A DNA stretch of 64,000 bases from Promethearchaeota archaeon (GTDB taxonomy: Archaea > Asgardarchaeota > Lokiarchaeia > Sigyniarchaeales > SOKP01), in NCBI GenBank assembly GCA_019057795.1, contig JAHLWS010000082.1, positions 96,001-160,000 on the forward strand, given 5' to 3'. How positions within the stretch are numbered: position 1 is the stretch's first letter; the number at the start of each line of letters is the position of its first letter. The notes under the pieces were generated by a model. That model was given only the letters and a program-made list of their open reading frames with translations. It did not search any database and was not told the origin of the DNA. Both the position numbers and the translations under genes were made by a program. Positions 60,947 to 64,000 of this stretch are shown one piece after another.

Positions 60947-61082
60947 CAATCTTCCGGATTGTGTGTTTAATTTAATCAATTACTTTTCGGGTAGGATAAA
61001 GAAAAAGGGATCATCCTTGGAGAAGGTATTAACATTCTTGGTTTAGATGGATTATCATTTAATTTTAATTTCTAATTTTTGG

Positions 61083-61820
61083 TTAGCGCCCATAAGACCA
61101 TAAAACCATATCGACTTTTCTTGGTGTCCAAAAATCCGTTTTATTTTGAATATTTAATTCATCAGCTTTTCTTTTTAAGATATCGATCAAAATCGCTCCT
61201 TGAGAGGGACTAATGCTTTCAGGATTGATCTCAGTAATTATTTTTCGTTCTGGAAGATCATGAATTTCTAATAATCTCTTCACAACAAATTGATCAACTG
61301 TTCCATAATTAGAAGGGAATAAAATTGATAATAACCCCGAAGCACCGGCAATACCTAATCCCTTTATTTCTGCCGCTTTTCTCAAAGCATATTCGATAGC
61401 TTCATCTTTCAAGCTTAATATTTCATCGCGCAGTAATAATAACTCATCTAATTTATTTTCGATTTCATACTTTCTAAGATGTTTAGTGTTATATGCATAT
61501 ATATTTGCTGCAGTGAATTTCCAGACGAAATATTTGTCTAAGAGAAAGTCATACCATTCTTTAGGGCTCAATTCGTTAATCGTACTAAGTTTTATTTGCT
61601 CTAATTCCTTCGTTAAATCGAAATTAGAAGATTTTATTAAATCCCAGTAATGATTTAAATATTTTCTCCAAATTGTGTCACTTTTTAAGTTCCAAAACTG
61701 CTTAAAGGATAGAGATTCAGTTTCTAACATGCTTATAAGAGTGTGTTTTATCTCCTCCTTGCTTAAACTATCAAAATCTTTTATGATTCTTTCAATAACC
61801 TTTTTTTGTTCTAAATTCAT
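61083..61820 (-). CDS. HhH-motif protein, DNA glycosylase-like
   Basis: IKGLGIAGASGLL...VDQFV...WTPRKVDMVLW. Confidence 0.55.
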   Translation of the reverse strand: MNLEQKKVIERIIKDFDSLSKEEIKHTLISMLETESLSFKQFWNLKSDTIWRKYLNHYWDLIKSSNFDLTKELEQIKLSTINELSPKEWYDFLLDKYFVWKFTAANIYAYNTKHLRKYEIENKLDELLLLRDEILSLKDEAIEYALRKAAEIKGLGIAGASGLLSILFPSNYGTVDQFVVKRLLEIHDLPERKIITEINPESISPSQGAILIDILKRKADELNIQNKTDFWTPRKVDMVLWSYGR

Positions 61821-61965
61821 TTTAACTCCTTAAAATATTAAAAAATTGCTAATTCTTTTAAAATATTCTAATAGAAATCAATCATCAATTTTCATGAAAA
61901 AAAATATGAGTAAATAATTAAAGGTAAGAATAGGGATATATTTTATTGACAAATTTATATTTTTA

Positions 61966-62217
61966 TTGGTAATTTTTTTGAAAAAGTATAATTGCATCTT
62001 CTGTAATCAAGAACTGAATAAAGAGAATAAATCTACTGAACATATTATTCCTCAATGCATGGGAGGAAGACTTAAGTCAAAATTAATTATCTGTCGATCA
62101 TGTAACCGTAAATTTGGGACTGAGTTTGATGAAGCACTTATTGAGAGATATGGGCTTATTTTGCATCTCATACGCTTTTTCAATAAAATCTTCTCAATTT
62201 ACAAATTCAAACTTTAG
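61966..62217 (+). pseudogene. HNH endonuclease (HNH_5-like), probably truncated
   Basis: CIFC..STEHIIPQCMGG...ICRSCNRKFG..D. Confidence 0.7.
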
Positions 62218-62320
62218 CTTTCCCAATTTTTAATAATTACTTGGGGAGAAAATTTATTTAATTTTAGGTGACCTTATTATAAATGAGGAATGATGTCCGA
62301 AAATAAAAACTCAAACAATA

Positions 62321-64000
62321 ATGAATGAAAACCAAAGCTGGAATGAAAAGATAGATAAGTTAAAATTATATGTTAAAAGAATTGGAAATCTTTTATTTCA
62401 AAATAAAGAAGACCAGATAAAAAAAATAAAGAAGAAAATTGAGCAGCTAATACCTAATGCTTACATGATCGAAGATAGGATTATTATAAAGAAAATTATA
62501 AATATTTATAATTCCTTAAGTGAAACAATTTTTAAGAAGATAGCAGAGAATTTAGGACTTGATTTATTAAATTCCTTAATGTATTTACATGAAATAATTC
62601 AGAGTAATACAGTTAGTAAGACTATCCATGAAATTATTCACAAAATTAAAGATTCCGGATATAATCAGAAAGAAATGATAAATTTAAGAAGAATTACAAG
62701 ATATATTTTAAATTTAGAATACACATTAATATCATCAATGGAATATCTCTTGAAATGTCATAAAGAACAAATAATATCTTTTACCAAAAATACAAAAAAT
62801 TCTATTGGTTATATTCTTAAATTCATTGAAGAGTTTTTTAAATATCTATATACAAAAGAGCAACTTTTATGGCTCAAATCCCCTTTTTTAGAAAAGGTAT
62901 CATTAATTCTAGGTCCAGGTCTTTATTATTATTTTAAAATTCTTCATTCAAAAGAAGAAATTAGGGAACTCCATGAAAAGAAATTTGATATATATCTTAA
63001 ATTTGATCTTGAAAATGAAATTCCAGATTTTAATGAACTTATCAACCAATTTTCTGAATTAAAAGAGATTTGGATTTCTAAATTGGGGTACGATGTTGAA
63101 AAATATATATTGGCAGTTCTAAAACTGAATGACTTAATGATAGAAAAATTTAATTGTTTCTTTTCTGAATACCAGAATTTTTTTGTACCAAATATAAAAA
63201 ATGTGAGCGAAAAACATATTGAAGTAATTGATGCTGAATTTAAAAATTATTTAGTAGAGTTAATAGAAAATTACTATAAAAATGCAAGAAACTATAATTG
63301 CATTATTGATCTTAAAGATTTAAGAAGAAAATTTATGAATTATATAAGTAATGATAAGAAAGAAATAGCGAAAATCATCAGAGAACTGTGTATAGATCCT
63401 CAAGAACCATTTATAGCTACATATAATACTTTTGCAAATCGTTTTATTTTTCCTTTGGGGGGAAGTAAGGCATTTTTTTATCCAAATAACACATATGCTG
63501 TTTTAAAAGAAAGATTATATATGGAATTATCCAAAATCGGAGATCCTGAAAAGGAATCCGTACTCCTTAGAGACCTGAAAAGAATTCTTGAGAGCAGAGG
63601 TTATAATGTACATCCATTGTCAGGAATTCCAATGATCGGTCAAAATAAAAAAATAATCGGTGAAATAGACATAATTGCTTATAAGTTAACTACACTTCTA
63701 ATTATCGAATCAAAAATTATACCATATAAAAAAACCTCAGTAACGAGATTAGAGACTATTGATTATACTCTAAAAAACATCTCGAAAAAATTAACTAGAT
63801 TTGATAAAAATATAGAGTATTTTTTTAAATTGTGTAATAATTCCTCTAATTTTTTAAATTATAATCATGAGACATTGGACATTAATCGTTTTAATAGAAT
63901 TAATTTCTTTTTTATTTCGCCTGATATAATTTATAACCCACCTCCTTTTAAGAGAGAGAGAAAAATAGAATTAGTTAATCCCCGATTATTTGAAAGAATG
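62321..64000 (+). CDS. Large protein (>560 aa, runs off window) with PD-(D/E)XK nuclease domain near the edge
   Basis: Stop-free from ATG 62321 to the window end; GEIDIIAYKLTTLLIIESK. Confidence 0.75.
   Translation, partial: MNENQSWNEKIDKLKLYVKRIGNLLFQNKEDQIKKIKKKIEQLIPNAYMIEDRIIIKKIINIYNSLSETIFKKIAENLGLDLLNSLMYLHEIIQSNTVSKTIHEIIHKIKDSGYNQKEMINLRRITRYILNLEYTLISSMEYLLKCHKEQIISFTKNTKNSIGYILKFIEEFFKYLYTKEQLLWLKSPFLEKVSLILGPGLYYYFKILHSKEEIRELHEKKFDIYLKFDLENEIPDFNELINQFSELKEIWISKLGYDVEKYILAVLKLNDLMIEKFNCFFSEYQNFFVPNIKNVSEKHIEVIDAEFKNYLVELIENYYKNARNYNCIIDLKDLRRKFMNYISNDKKEIAKIIRELCIDPQEPFIATYNTFANRFIFPLGGSKAFFYPNNTYAVLKERLYMELSKIGDPEKESVLLRDLKRILESRGYNVHPLSGIPMIGQNKKIIGEIDIIAYKLTTLLIIESKIIPYKKTSVTRLETIDYTLKNISKKLTRFDKNIEYFFKLCNNSSNFLNYNHETLDINRFNRINFFFISPDIIYNPPPFKRERKIELVNPRLFERM

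Larger units (their letters stand above)
55720..64000. mobile_element. Defence-like genomic island interrupting uvrA (right end outside window)
   Basis: Abrupt loss of uvrA homology, AT-rich, mixed-orientation nuclease-like genes and gene remnants. Confidence 0.6.

Noticed and set aside
60858-61046. 62-aa ORF from the track
   Set aside because: Off-frame overlap with the radical SAM remnant.
55720-62320. Integron-like attC repeats or Tn7-type ends in the island
   Set aside because: No repeated intergenic motif and no TG-start terminal repeat at the uvrA junction.

Overview
AT-rich archaeal chromosome window, almost certainly Asgard archaea (Lokiarchaeia-like): it has split Rpo1N/Rpo1C, an archaeal histone, Rab-like and Arf-like small GTPases, AglB, and frequent TTG starts. 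Most of it is housekeeping: rpo1N-rpo1C-rpl30e-nusA-rps12-rps7, rpl44e-rps27e, tfs, pcn-priL-priS-gins, aIF2a-nop10, EF-1a, rpo11, csl4, eno, rfcS, truA, aglB, uvrB. There are two accessory regions. (1) A ~10.1-kb tyrosine-recombinase element (19376-29499) bounded by a 10-bp direct repeat; joining the flanks rebuilds a perfect inverted-repeat site. Inside it, a 2.49-kb three-gene cassette appears to have inserted into the element's own integrase gene, supplying a new integrase C-terminus and leaving the old 3' end behind. (2) A nuclease-rich, defence-like island that begins just after the Walker A codons of a truncated uvrA and runs off the right edge. Other unusual items: a heptad-repeat basic tail plus a small terminal module on Rpo1N (a similar motif occurs in an element protein), an acidic N-terminal extension on Rpo11, a wHTH/ATP-cone/catalytically dead NrdD fusion, AglB with five extra repeated domains, and several genes that seem to need ATA/ATT starts. 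A few single-base homopolymer frameshifts suggest possible sequencing errors. All family assignments come from motif recognition by eye; no searches were run.
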